In this document: piece after piece, positions 31,606 to 42,738 of the stretch
Numbering within the stretch: position 1 is the stretch's first letter
How the letters are laid out: every line of letters begins with the position of its first letter
The notes under the pieces: model-generated
Database searches by the model: none
What the model was told of the DNA's origin: nothing
What the model saw: the letters and a program-made list of their open reading frames with translations, nothing else
From: a bacterium
GTDB taxonomy: Bacteria > SM23-31
Direction: 5' to 3'
NCBI GenBank assembly: GCA_965249485.1
Contig: OZ252239.1
Coordinates: 416,001-480,000, forward strand
Length of the DNA stretch: 64,000 nt
Translations under genes and position numbers: made by a program

Positions 31606-32970
31606 ATGGACCCTGCTTCAGCAGTCACCACAAATCCATACTTAGCATTGACAGGTTTTGCAATCCTGATTGGTCTTCTCCTGTTTCTCATAGCCCACTG
31701 GAAATGGCATGTCTTTTTTGCGCTTTTGATCCCCTTGATCCTATTTGGTATTGTTCCGGGAATTAAACAAAATAATTTCATTGCTGCATTTGAATCGGGT
31801 TTCGGTAAAACACTCGGCAGTATCGGTGTAGTCATAGTCCTCGGTTCAATCATTGCCGAAGCGCTCAAGCACACGGGAGCTATTCAGGTTATCACAAAAT
31901 CGATGATTAACCTTGTTGGTACGAAGCGGATGCCACTTGCCTTAACATTGACCGGATATATACTCGGTATTGCAATTTTTTCTGATGTAGCTTACGTGAT
32001 TTTAAACCCACTTGTCCATTCAGCAGCACACATTATGAAAGTGAGTATGGGTGTTATGGCAACTGGACTTGTCGGGGCAATTCAGCTTACCCATGCTATT
32101 GTTCCACCGACACCCGGTCCGCTTGCAGCAGCTGCCTTGGTCGGAGCCGATATCGGTAAAACGATTATTTATGGGAGCATTTCCTGCCTGATGGGATCTC
32201 TGTCATGCTGGATATGGGGACAGTACATTGCCGGACCGCGCATTTCAACACCACCGTCGGATGAATATATTCAGGACGGGATATTTGGAGATGAAAACCG
32301 AAAACTCCCCGGTACACTGAGTTCTTATGCACCGATCGCTATACCACTCATCCTGATCTCCGCACAGAGTGTATCAAAATTATTCCTGGCCGAAGATAAT
32401 ATCATCAGATTGATTTTTGGATATATAGGCTGGCCTGTTGTGGCATTGGCAATCGGCGTCTGGCTGGCATATCAGAATATCACACAAAAAGAGGACAAAG
32501 ATAAAGCGAAAAACAAGTGGGTTGAAGATGGCTTACGAACCTCAGCAATGATTCTCGTTGTGACGGGACTTGGAGGATCACTCAGCGAAATCCTCAAAGC
32601 GACCCCGGCTGTTTCGACCATTGGAAGTTTTTTTGCCGAGCACGGCCTCCCTTCAATATTTCTGCCGTTCATTCTAGGCATTATTGGTAATATGATTACC
32701 GGTTCAACGACGGTTGGAGTTATAACCACCGCTTCGCTTGTAGCGCCGATGTTGTCAATTCTCAACCTCTCTCCCGAAGCAGCTATGTTGGCCGGAGCAT
32801 CCGGTTCGGTTATATTCAAGTATGTAAACAGCAGTTACTTCTGGGTATGCACGTCTTTGAGTAAGCTGAGTGTCGGAGATGCCATATTTTCGTATGGAGG
32901 TGCAACACTTGTGGGGGGGATAGTCACATTCATGATGGTGTATTTTTTTTGGGGAACCGGTCTTATTTAA
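31606..32970 (+). CDS. GntP-family permease
   Basis: HVFFALL, GFGKTLG, HAIVPPTPGPL, GSTTV, VNSSYFW; polytopic. Confidence 0.9.
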   Translation: MDPASAVTTNPYLALTGFAILIGLLLFLIAHWKWHVFFALLIPLILFGIVPGIKQNNFIAAFESGFGKTLGSIGVVIVLGSIIAEALKHTGAIQVITKSMINLVGTKRMPLALTLTGYILGIAIFSDVAYVILNPLVHSAAHIMKVSMGVMATGLVGAIQLTHAIVPPTPGPLAAAALVGADIGKTIIYGSISCLMGSLSCWIWGQYIAGPRISTPPSDEYIQDGIFGDENRKLPGTLSSYAPIAIPLILISAQSVSKLFLAEDNIIRLIFGYIGWPVVALAIGVWLAYQNITQKEDKDKAKNKWVEDGLRTSAMILVVTGLGGSLSEILKATPAVSTIGSFFAEHGLPSIFLPFILGIIGNMITGSTTVGVITTASLVAPMLSILNLSPEAAMLAGASGSVIFKYVNSSYFWVCTSLSKLSVGDAIFSYGGATLVGGIVTFMMVYFFWGTGLI

Positions 32971-33040
32971 CGTGCATAATAGTAGGCAAATCCAATAATT
33001 ACCTAAGTACATTACAGAGATTTTGAAAATTTGAATTCGT

Positions 33041-35996
33041 ATGAATTCACAGTCTAACAATACAACCATACCTGATCTTTCGGCCGACCGGCTGGAAGTA
33101 TTTCAAAAAACACTATCATCAAAAATTGAGGGTGAAGTCAGGTTCGATACAGTGTCAAGAGCGTTGTATTCGACCGATGCAAGTGTATATCAGATCATTC
33201 CTCTCGGTGTTATAATTCCCCGATCGGCAGATGACGTTGTGCACGTTGTCACCACATGTAGAGAGTTCAGTGTCTCGATCACCGCCCGGGGCGGCGGCAC
33301 TTCACAGGCTGGTCAGGCAGTGGGTTACGGTATTCAGCTTGATTTTTCAAAATATCTGAACCGAATACTCGACATTGACCCTGAAAAACAGACTGTTACT
33401 GTTGAGCCCGGCATTGTTCTCGACAATCTCAATGCAGAACTTAAACAGTACGGCCTGCACCTCCCACTCGATATATCGACTGCAAACCGTGCAACCATCG
33501 GCGGGATGATCGCGAACAACTCAGCCGGAACCCGGTCGATTATTTACGGCAAGACAATAGATTATGTCGAATCAATGGCAGTTGTACTCTCCGACGGTAC
33601 AACGACAGAGTTCGCTCCACTTTCTGCCGGGGAACTTGAGGCGAAATGTGCTCAAAACGATTTTGAAGCCAGCTGTTATACGGTAGTCCAAGAACTTATA
33701 GAATCCAATCGTGAAGAAATTGCTAAAAGGTATCCGAATATTCTCCGGCATGTCGGTGGTTACAGTCTCGATGAATTTGTAAATCCCGCTACTCCGTTCA
33801 ATCTTTCCCGGCTCATTGTCGGTTCGGAGGGTACTCTTGGGCTTGTTGTTCAAACAACACTACGTATCGTTCCCCTACCTCGGAGCCGGATTGTGTGCAG
33901 TATTCAGTTTGATGATTTATTAGATGCACTTGCGGCAATACCCGCAATACTTAAGCATAATCCATCCGCCGTTGAACTTGTTGACAACCTCATATTAAGC
34001 ACTACAAAAGGAAAATTGGAATTCGAACCACTCCGGTCATTTATTGTCGGTGACCCGGGCGCAATTCTGATAATTGAATTCTTTGCAGAATCAGCGGGCG
34101 AAGCGCGTGAGAAGCTCGACCGGTTTATTGCTGACATGAAGAAGCGACATATTGGCACGTATATTCATCAAGCTGTTGAACAATCGGAGCAGGCACGTAT
34201 TTGGAAATTGCGACAGGCTGCATTGGGATTGACCATGGCAGAAACAGGTGACTCGAAATCAATATCGTTTGTCGAGGATACGGCCGTCTCACCGGAGAAT
34301 CTTCACGACTACATAGCAAAATTTCAAACAATTTTGAAAAAATACAATACTGAAGCTGCATATTACGCTCATGCATCGGTCGGGCTTCTCCATGTCAGAC
34401 CTTTGGTGAATATGAAAACCGAAGCAGGCATCAATTCTTTTGTCCGAATTGCTGAAGAGGTATCTGATCTTGTTCTTGAATATGGTGGCGCTCTTGCCGG
34501 CGAACACGGAGACGGCCTTGCACGCAGCCCGTTTCAAAAAAAGATGTACGGCACCGGTTCTCTATGATGCCTTTTGTACATTGAAAAAATCCTTTGATCC
34601 TAAAAATATTTTTAATCCCGGAAAAATTGTTCATGCTCCCCCGATTACAGCGAACCTCAGGTTCGGTTCCGATTACGAAACCAGAGAATATGAAACTGTA
34701 TTCGATTTTTCGGATTTCGGCGGCATTACCCGCGCTGCGGAACAATGCAGTGGCGTCGGTGAGTGCAGAAAAAACCTGACCGGAACGCTGTGTCCGTCTT
34801 ATATGGCAACCAGAGATGAAACCGATGTAACACGGGGAAGAGCAAATACCCTCAGAATGGCGCTATCGGGCCAGCTTGCGGGCGTTGAGTTCGGCGATCC
34901 GGAGCTTATGCCTGTTTTAGACCTCTGCCTCGAGTGTAAAGCGTGTAAATCGGAATGTCCAACCGGTGTTGATGTCGCTCGTCTCAAAAGTGAATATTTG
35001 CATACGTATTACAAAAAACATGGAATCCCAAAACGAGTTACATTGCTTGTCGGAATTGACCGATTTACCCGGATTGGGAGTAGATTTCCAGCTGTGAGCA
35101 ATATCATTGCACAAAATAAAATTATCCGTTCTGTGCTTGATTCATTGTTTCATATTGATGCGCGGCGAAGTCTGCCTCATTTTGCACAGCAGACATTTAT
35201 GGATTGGTATAACAGTAAATTTGCAAGACATGACATTGAGCATCCGGATAGGGCAAATACCGTTGCTTTTTTCCCGGACACCTTTTCAAATTACTATGAA
35301 CCGGAGCACCTGCAAAGCGCAATACAAACTGCACATAAATTCGGATGGAATATACACGTTCCGGACCGGGTTTGCTGTGGCCGGCCGCTGATTTCGAAGG
35401 GACTTTTGGATGAAGCTGTGCCGCAGGCTGAAAAAGTCGTCCGCTCTCTTGTACCAATAGCCGAAAAGAATATTCCGATTGTATTTTGCGAACCCGGTTG
35501 TTATTCGGCTGTAAAAGATGATATTCCAAAATTAGTGGGAAAAGATTTGCAGGAGACAGCAAACAAGGTTGCTTTAGCCTGTATGACATTCGAAGAGTGG
35601 GGTTCCGAAATAATCGATAAATATAATGGAGCACACTTTGAGAAAAAGAGCCATGGTCAGCCGAAGGATATCCTTTTGCATGGCCACTGCCACCAGAAAG
35701 CACTTATCGGCATGCAGCCGACGTTGAATCTCTTGTCGAAGATTCCCGATTGCACTGTCATGCTACTTGACAGCGGCTGCTGCGGAATGGCTGGTTCATT
35801 CGGCTACGAAAAAGAGCATTACAATATTTCAAAGTCTATCGGTGAACGGGTCCTGTTCCCGGCTGTCAGGGAACGCGAACCGGATACTTTAGTTGCTGCA
35901 CCGGGATTTTCATGCAGACAGCAAATTCGTCATTTTACCGGTGTCTCTGCTCAATCTCCCGCACAAATAATCGCTTCACTATGGGAAGACCCGTAA
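33041..35996 (+). pseudogene. FAD-linked, Fe-S-containing 2-hydroxyacid oxidoreductase (GlcD-GlcF fusion/YdiJ-like), +1 frameshift near 34553
   Basis: YSTDAS, RGGGTS, GSEGTL, GEHGDG, CLECKACKSECP, CCG, HGHCH. About 984 aa after repair (MYG-PVLYDAF). Confidence 0.88.
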
Positions 35997-36395
35997 TCAA
36001 GATCATGAAGTGTGTGTAGAATAACTTACTCTGATTTTAACTGACAACGAAACGGCATTTGTTACTCGGAAATACAGATATTTCATTAAAAATTGATTGC
36101 ATTTTGGCATAACATCTTGTACACTTTATCATATCTACCCAAAGGCAACACGTTATTTGAATTATCTGTCCATGCCACAGTGTGTTGTACCATTGAAACT
36201 GACAATATGCTTGATTTTTTTCAATTCTTGAATTGACTAAAATCATTTTGAAGATTTTTGTGCGTGAGGAGTAGTAACACTATACAGACGCACTTTATTC
36301 TAAATTTCTCCAAATATTTCGCACCATACCAAACTATTATACTAGTATGCCATGCTATTACTATCTGCAGTAATTCACTTTAAGGAGGATTCATC

Positions 36396-39119
36396 ATGAG
36401 TATCAGAACAATTACTTGTAATATTTGGACAACAGTGGTTGTCATTGCTGTACTCATCCCTGTTATTGTCCTTGGACAGCAGGCACCGGGAAATGTTCTC
36501 GATAAGATCCATTTCCGGAGTATTGGACCGAGTAAACAGTCAGGAAGGTTCATGCAGGTTGGAGTTCCCGATCTGAACAAAGCGCCCTATACATTCTATG
36601 CTGCGGCATCAACAGGCGGATTATGGAAAACGATCGATAATGGAATTACATACGAATCGATTTTCGACAATGAAAATGTCAATGCGCTCGGTGACGTAGA
36701 AGTTGCTTATTCAGACCCTGATATTGTCTATGTCGGTACGGGAAATCTTTCGTACTGGGGTGAGGGAATGTATAAATCGACCAACGGCGGAGAATCGTGG
36801 AACCATATAGGTCTGAGAGACTCACACTTTATCAGTAAGATCGTTGTCCATCCCGAGAATCCTAATATTGTATATGTTGCCGCGACAGGAAGTACCCACG
36901 ACAACAATCCGGAACGGGGGATTTTCAAGACAACCAACGGTGGCAGGTCATGGACAAAGACGCTCGGATTGACTGATGATGGGAAACATGTGAGCGGCGC
37001 TGATGTCCATATGCATCCGACCGATTACAGTACACTTTATGCAACCATGTGGGACCGCGATGGGGGAGAAGCGACCGGCATTTTTAAAACATCGAACGGC
37101 GGATCGTCGTGGGATAAATTAAGCGGGGGTCTTCCGACTGGAAGTCTCCAAAGGATCGGTCTTGACATATACCGATCGAACCCGGATATTGTTGTTGCAA
37201 CAATTCTCATCCCTCAGGATGAAGGCCAGGCACGCAATACCGCCTGGCGCTCAGAAAATGCGGGAAATAACTGGCGCAGGATTAGCCCCGATCCCGAAGA
37301 TTTTACTCTGAGGGGCAGCAACAGGTATGCACAGATCCGTATCGATCCGAATAACGATGATAAAATTTACATTCTTAATAGCGGTATACAGGGGACCGAC
37401 GATGGCGGAAGAACCTGGAAACATGCCATAATACCGTACGGAAACGACCATCAAGACCTCTGGTTCAATCCCGAGAACAGTGACCACGCAATAGGCTCAA
37501 GCGATTCCGGGATAAGAATATCCTTCAACGGCAATAAAACCTGGTACCATCCTGATAATTTCGCACTCGGCCTGCTTGAAGCGGTCGGGGTCGACATGGC
37601 ATATCCTTATAATGTATATGGTGGTATGCAGGATTTCGGTACCTGGCGGGGCCCGAGCACAAAGCGAGGGCGTTATCCTATCCGTTTCGAGGACTGGGAG
37701 CATGTCCGCGGTGCTGACGGCTCGTATGCGCAGGTCGATCCGAGAGACAACCGGTGGCTCTTTGTCGAATCACAAAATGGATCAATATCGAGAAACGACC
37801 AGTGGACGAATGTTCGTAAGAATATTCGATACCAAAAAGAAGGTATCCGTTTCAACTTTATAGCGCCAATTCTCATATCTCCCCATAATCCCAATGTCGT
37901 TTACCACGGCGCAAATGTCTTGCTGCGTTCACCCTATCTTGGCGAGGCATGGGAAGAGATCAGTCCCGACCTTTCGGACGGACCGTATGACGAACCGAGA
38001 AACAGAGTCAATGGTACGATTACAACAATCGACGAGTCACCCATGGTACAGGGAATTATCTGGGTTGGAACTGATGACGGCAATGTCCAACTTACCCGGG
38101 ACTATGGAGCAACGTGGACTAAACTGAACAACAATATCCCTGGTAAACCAGACTATAAGGTAACTCGTGTGGAGGTTTCGCGTCACGATCCGGATGAGGG
38201 TTTTGTCACGTTCAACGGCAGAAGAAGTCATGGTGACCTGAAACCGTATGTGTATCGGACGACTGATAATGGAAACACCTGGGTATCAATCACAGACGGA
38301 CTGCCTGATGATGAACCGGTCAACGTGATACGGCACGACCATAAAAATCCGAACCTTCTTTTTCTGGGTACGGAAAAGCAACTCTATGTTTCCCTTGACC
38401 GTGGAGATACCTGGCAGTCGCTCAGGAACAATATGCCGAATATTCCTGTGAAAGATCTTGTCATACATACCCGTGAGAACGATCTTGTTGTTGCGACTTA
38501 TGGCAGGAGCTTCTGGATAGCGGATATTTCAACCTTACAGGAGATCACCCCGGAAGTCCTTGCGAAAGATGTTCACCTCTTCGATGTTGAACCGCAGGTC
38601 CTCTGGGTGCATAGCGGACAAAACCAGGTAGCGGCCAATCATCAGAACTACTCGGGAGAGAATGCCCCAAAAGGTTCTGTTGTGAATTATTACCTGAATA
38701 GCAGGGTACCGGGCGGCGTAACAGTACAGATATACCGTGGATCGCTCCTCGTCAACGAGTATAAGGGTTCGGGCGACCCGGGATTAAACAGTGTTGAGTG
38801 GCACCTGACAGAGCGGATAGAACGCACGGATGAAGAAAAAGAGAGCGCGGCTCAGAGGATTGAGAGAACAAAAAATTCTGCACTTTATTTCGATTATTAC
38901 GACAACCATGACCATTTTGGCGAACCCGATGGAGAAGTGTCCGTAACCGGCCGGCCACTGGGAACATGGATCCAATCACTGCCTGAATGGTTGGAAGTTG
39001 ATTACAAACATCTCCGTGCAAAACCGGGTGAATATACCGTCAAATTGATTGTTAATGGTAATGAATTATCTACCAAAGCTCTTGTGCTTAAGGACCAGTG
39101 GTTCGATAAAATGTATTAG
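36396..39119 (+). CDS. Secreted BNR/Vps10-sortilin-like beta-propeller protein
   Basis: Signal peptide; many S/T-x-D/N-x-G-x-T/S-W Asp-box repeats. Confidence 0.88.
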   Translation: MSIRTITCNIWTTVVVIAVLIPVIVLGQQAPGNVLDKIHFRSIGPSKQSGRFMQVGVPDLNKAPYTFYAAASTGGLWKTIDNGITYESIFDNENVNALGDVEVAYSDPDIVYVGTGNLSYWGEGMYKSTNGGESWNHIGLRDSHFISKIVVHPENPNIVYVAATGSTHDNNPERGIFKTTNGGRSWTKTLGLTDDGKHVSGADVHMHPTDYSTLYATMWDRDGGEATGIFKTSNGGSSWDKLSGGLPTGSLQRIGLDIYRSNPDIVVATILIPQDEGQARNTAWRSENAGNNWRRISPDPEDFTLRGSNRYAQIRIDPNNDDKIYILNSGIQGTDDGGRTWKHAIIPYGNDHQDLWFNPENSDHAIGSSDSGIRISFNGNKTWYHPDNFALGLLEAVGVDMAYPYNVYGGMQDFGTWRGPSTKRGRYPIRFEDWEHVRGADGSYAQVDPRDNRWLFVESQNGSISRNDQWTNVRKNIRYQKEGIRFNFIAPILISPHNPNVVYHGANVLLRSPYLGEAWEEISPDLSDGPYDEPRNRVNGTITTIDESPMVQGIIWVGTDDGNVQLTRDYGATWTKLNNNIPGKPDYKVTRVEVSRHDPDEGFVTFNGRRSHGDLKPYVYRTTDNGNTWVSITDGLPDDEPVNVIRHDHKNPNLLFLGTEKQLYVSLDRGDTWQSLRNNMPNIPVKDLVIHTRENDLVVATYGRSFWIADISTLQEITPEVLAKDVHLFDVEPQVLWVHSGQNQVAANHQNYSGENAPKGSVVNYYLNSRVPGGVTVQIYRGSLLVNEYKGSGDPGLNSVEWHLTERIERTDEEKESAAQRIERTKNSALYFDYYDNHDHFGEPDGEVSVTGRPLGTWIQSLPEWLEVDYKHLRAKPGEYTVKLIVNGNELSTKALVLKDQWFDKMY

Positions 39120-39151
39120 ATATTAATTAAAATTATTAGATATATGTAGAG

Positions 39152-39196
39152 ATTTTGACCGAAGACCCGGCACAACACCGGGTTTTTGGTCAAAAT
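39152..39196 (+). terminator. Long intergenic hairpin, probable terminator
   Basis: ATTTTGACCGAAGACCCGG-N7-CCGGGTTTTTGGTCAAAAT, a 19-bp stem with two G-U pairs. Confidence 0.65.
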
Positions 39197-39293
39197 GACA
39201 TGATTCAACTTTATAGTCAACTCTAAGAGTGCTGCCACTTGGCAATTTCTCTATGATCATTGCCGTCTGTAAACAAATGAATTAAGGAATGAT

Positions 39294-41027
39294 ATGACTC
39301 AAGTTAATACGAATACAAAAAGCAGTGATCCAATGGAAATGAACCGGCGTCGGTTCGTAGGATATTTTTCGGGAATTGGACTCGGGGCGACACTTATGCC
39401 GGGAGCGCTTGCGGCAATCGCGCAGGACTCAGAAAAAATCACGTCCGATATGATTTCATCCGCGGCTTCTGTTGCCGGGCTACCTTTTACACAGGATGAA
39501 ATTACTACCATTGCACAAACACTCAATGACTGGAAATATCAGGAAAATTACAAAAAAATCCGGGAAATCGAACTCGATAATAGTGTTTCTCCAGCTCTTG
39601 TGTTTGATCCCCTCCCTGTAGGGATAAAATTATCTTCCACACGGAGACCATTGCAATTTACCGCTCCCCGTATAAGCATGCCGAAAACCGACGAAGAGAT
39701 TGCTTTTCTATCGGTTACGCATCTGTCTCATCTTATAAAAACACGACAAATCACGTCAACCGAACTCACCAAGTTGTACATTGCACGGCTCAAGAAGCAT
39801 AGTCCGAAGCTGTTCTGCCTCATTACGCTGACCGAAGACCTTGCACTCAGGCAGGCGAAAAAAGCCGACGAAGAGATTGTAGCCGGCAACTACCGGGGGC
39901 CGCTCCACGGTATTCCGTGGGGTGCCAAAGATCTGCTCGCTGTAAAGGGATATAAAACGACATGGGGGGCATCACCCTATAAGAATCAGGATATCAATAA
40001 TAATTCGACCGTTTACACCCGGCTGACCGAAGCAGGTGCTGTGCTCATAGGAAAACTGTCGATGGGTGCTCTCGCTATGGACAACCGATGGTTCGGCGGA
40101 AAAACAAGAAACCCGTGGAACACTGAGCAGAGCTCGAGTGGTTCTTCTGCCGGATCGGGTTCGGCTACAGCAGCAGGACTGGTCGGGTTTTCAATCGGAA
40201 CCGAGACACTCGGATCGATCATGTCTCCTTCGAGTCGGTGCGGTGTCAGCGGCCTCAGGCCCTCATTCGGCAGAGTGAGCCGGTTTGGTGCAATGGCTCT
40301 GAGTTGGTCGATGGATAAAATCGGTCCAATGTGCCGATCCGCAGAAGACTGTGCACTTGTTTTGCATGCTATTGCCGGTCCAGACGGAAAAGATAATTCG
40401 GTTATAGATGTCCCCTTCAATTGGGACAGCAGTGCCAATGTGCAAAATCTCCGGGTCGGGTATTTTGCGGAGGAAGACCGCGAGAGTTTTGATGATGCTG
40501 ATGACGAGGAGAAATATCGTTTGGTGCAGGAGCGGAATGGTGTCGCATTTGAAGTGATACGCTCACTCGGCGTGCAGCTTGTTCCTCTTGAGCTGCCTGA
40601 TCTGCCGGCTGAGGCTCTGGAATTTATTTTGTTCGTGGAAAGTGCAGCGGCATTTGATGGACTCATGCGGAGCGGAAAAGATCAATCAATGCTCGAAGAA
40701 CCCGAAGTAAGTGAATGGCCGCAGCTTTTCAGAACAGGACGGTTCATTCCTGCTGTTGAGTATGTGCAGGCAAACCGTGTCAGAACACAGGTCATTAATA
40801 ACTTGTATGAAGCAATGGCTGATGTCGACTGCTTCATCGGCAGCAGGCTGGTTTTAACAAATATTTCCGGGTACCCGGAAATCAGCGTCCCGCATGGATT
40901 TTATGATTCAGGCACACCGACAAGCCTACGGATTACCGGGAAACTGTTTGGTGAGGCTGAAATTGCGCTGCTTGCAAAAGCCTTTCAAGACAAGACTGAC
41001 CACCATCAGCAGCATCCTCAATTGTAA
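39294..41027 (+). CDS. Tat-exported amidase-signature enzyme
   Basis: NRRRFV leader; GPLHGIPWGAKD, SGSSAGS, IGTETLGSI. Confidence 0.9.
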   Translation: MTQVNTNTKSSDPMEMNRRRFVGYFSGIGLGATLMPGALAAIAQDSEKITSDMISSAASVAGLPFTQDEITTIAQTLNDWKYQENYKKIREIELDNSVSPALVFDPLPVGIKLSSTRRPLQFTAPRISMPKTDEEIAFLSVTHLSHLIKTRQITSTELTKLYIARLKKHSPKLFCLITLTEDLALRQAKKADEEIVAGNYRGPLHGIPWGAKDLLAVKGYKTTWGASPYKNQDINNNSTVYTRLTEAGAVLIGKLSMGALAMDNRWFGGKTRNPWNTEQSSSGSSAGSGSATAAGLVGFSIGTETLGSIMSPSSRCGVSGLRPSFGRVSRFGAMALSWSMDKIGPMCRSAEDCALVLHAIAGPDGKDNSVIDVPFNWDSSANVQNLRVGYFAEEDRESFDDADDEEKYRLVQERNGVAFEVIRSLGVQLVPLELPDLPAEALEFILFVESAAAFDGLMRSGKDQSMLEEPEVSEWPQLFRTGRFIPAVEYVQANRVRTQVINNLYEAMADVDCFIGSRLVLTNISGYPEISVPHGFYDSGTPTSLRITGKLFGEAEIALLAKAFQDKTDHHQQHPQL

Positions 41028-41092
41028 GTAAAACATTGTTATCGGGGATTCTTCGAGAGATACTATATAACAATAAAAACAGAGGCGAACCT

Positions 41093-42714
41093 ATGAATAT
41101 TCGGACGATTTTTTTGTGCAGTTTGCTGACATTTGTAGTATTCGTGCCGCATGTGCATGCACAGGAACCGGTTGATTATATCATGATTGATAAAATCCGC
41201 CAGGAAGGACTAAACAGATCGCAAGTTATGGATCATATGTTTTATATCGCAGAAATGTACGGACCTCGCCTCTCGAATTCTCCGGTCTATGATCAAGCTG
41301 CCAATTGGGCACGAAATTCATTCGAAGATTGGGGAGCTGATGAAGCAAAACTGGAGCCGTACGGTCCGATCGGTCTTGGATGGGAGTGTCGCTATGTCTC
41401 GGTACATATGCATGAACCGCAGTATCAACCGTTTATCGCCTATGCAGTGAGGCCGACGCGCGGGACAAACGGAAAAGTTATGAGTGATGCAATTTTTGTC
41501 AATATCAATGAACTCTATTCGGAAAGTGATCTCCAGCAATACAGGGGAAAACTCCGGAATAAAATTGTTTTTACACAGCCGCTCCGTGACGTCAAACCGC
41601 TTTTTAAACCGCTTGCTGTCCGTCTGTCGCAGGAAGAACTCGATTACATGGCCGAGGTTGACCTCAGCAACAATCCTGCTACCGTTACCATTGCTCAGGA
41701 AGAATACCAGGCGCTTCTACGGGGAGAAATACCCAGAAAACCACTTGATGCTGAAAAAATTCACGAATTTTTTGAAGATGAAGATGTGGCCGTGCTTGTC
41801 ACGCCGAGTGCCCCGGGACGTGGCATCGAAGAAGGCGGATTCGACAGAGGTGTTGTGAAACTACCCGGTGGTTATGCACTTCAACCCGGTGCACCGCGGA
41901 ACCCCTTCCAACGGTAGTAATGTCCCAGGAGCATTACAACAGAGTAATGCGCTTACTTGACCGTGGAGTAAACGTAGAGATGGAGGTCGAAATCGATGTT
42001 GTCTATACCGACAACGATGTGTACGATTATAATGTTATCGGAGAAATAACCGGTACCGATCCCGACCTAAAAGATGAAGTTGTCCTCATTGGCGGCCATT
42101 ATGACGGAAAATTCGGCGGGACCGCCGCAACCGATAATGGCGGAGGCAGTGCAATAGTGATGGAAGCATTCCGCATTTTAAATGCGCTTGATGTTCAACC
42201 TCGCAGGACTATCCGCGCGGCATTGTGGGGCGGTCATGAAGGCGGACATGCAGGAGCAGGATATTATGTGCGGAACCATTATGGCGGACCTGATCCCGGG
42301 ACGACAACAGAGGAACACCAGAATTTATCGATCTATTTCAATGTCGACTGGTTCGGCAGGTTCAGGGGTATATTTATGAATGGAAACGATCTTGTGCGGC
42401 CGATATTCGAAGCATGGATGAAACCGTTTGAAGACCTTGGAATGACACATCTCGTTGCAGATAACAGTGGCGGCTCGGACCATATGTCGTTTATTCGTGC
42501 CGGTCTGCCGGGATTTCAGTTTATTCAGGAAGATCTTGAATATTTTACGATTAATCACCATACTAATATGGATATGTACGACCGTGTTGTTCCGAAAGAC
42601 CTCATGCAGGGCTCAACAATTGCTGCTACCTGGGTTTACCATGCGGCAATGCGTGATGAAATGATGCCCCGCTCCAAACAGCAGATGGAAAATAGCAGGC
42701 GCTGGCATAAATAG
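41093..42714 (+). pseudogene. Secreted M28-family peptidase (carboxypeptidase Q-like), -1 frameshift at 41902-41905
   Basis: GPRL, GGHYD, ATDNGGG, NVD, SDH, HHTNMD. About 540 aa after adding one C; probably a sequencing error. Confidence 0.85.
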
Positions 42715-42738
42715 ACATACGAATTTCGGAGGGTAGTA

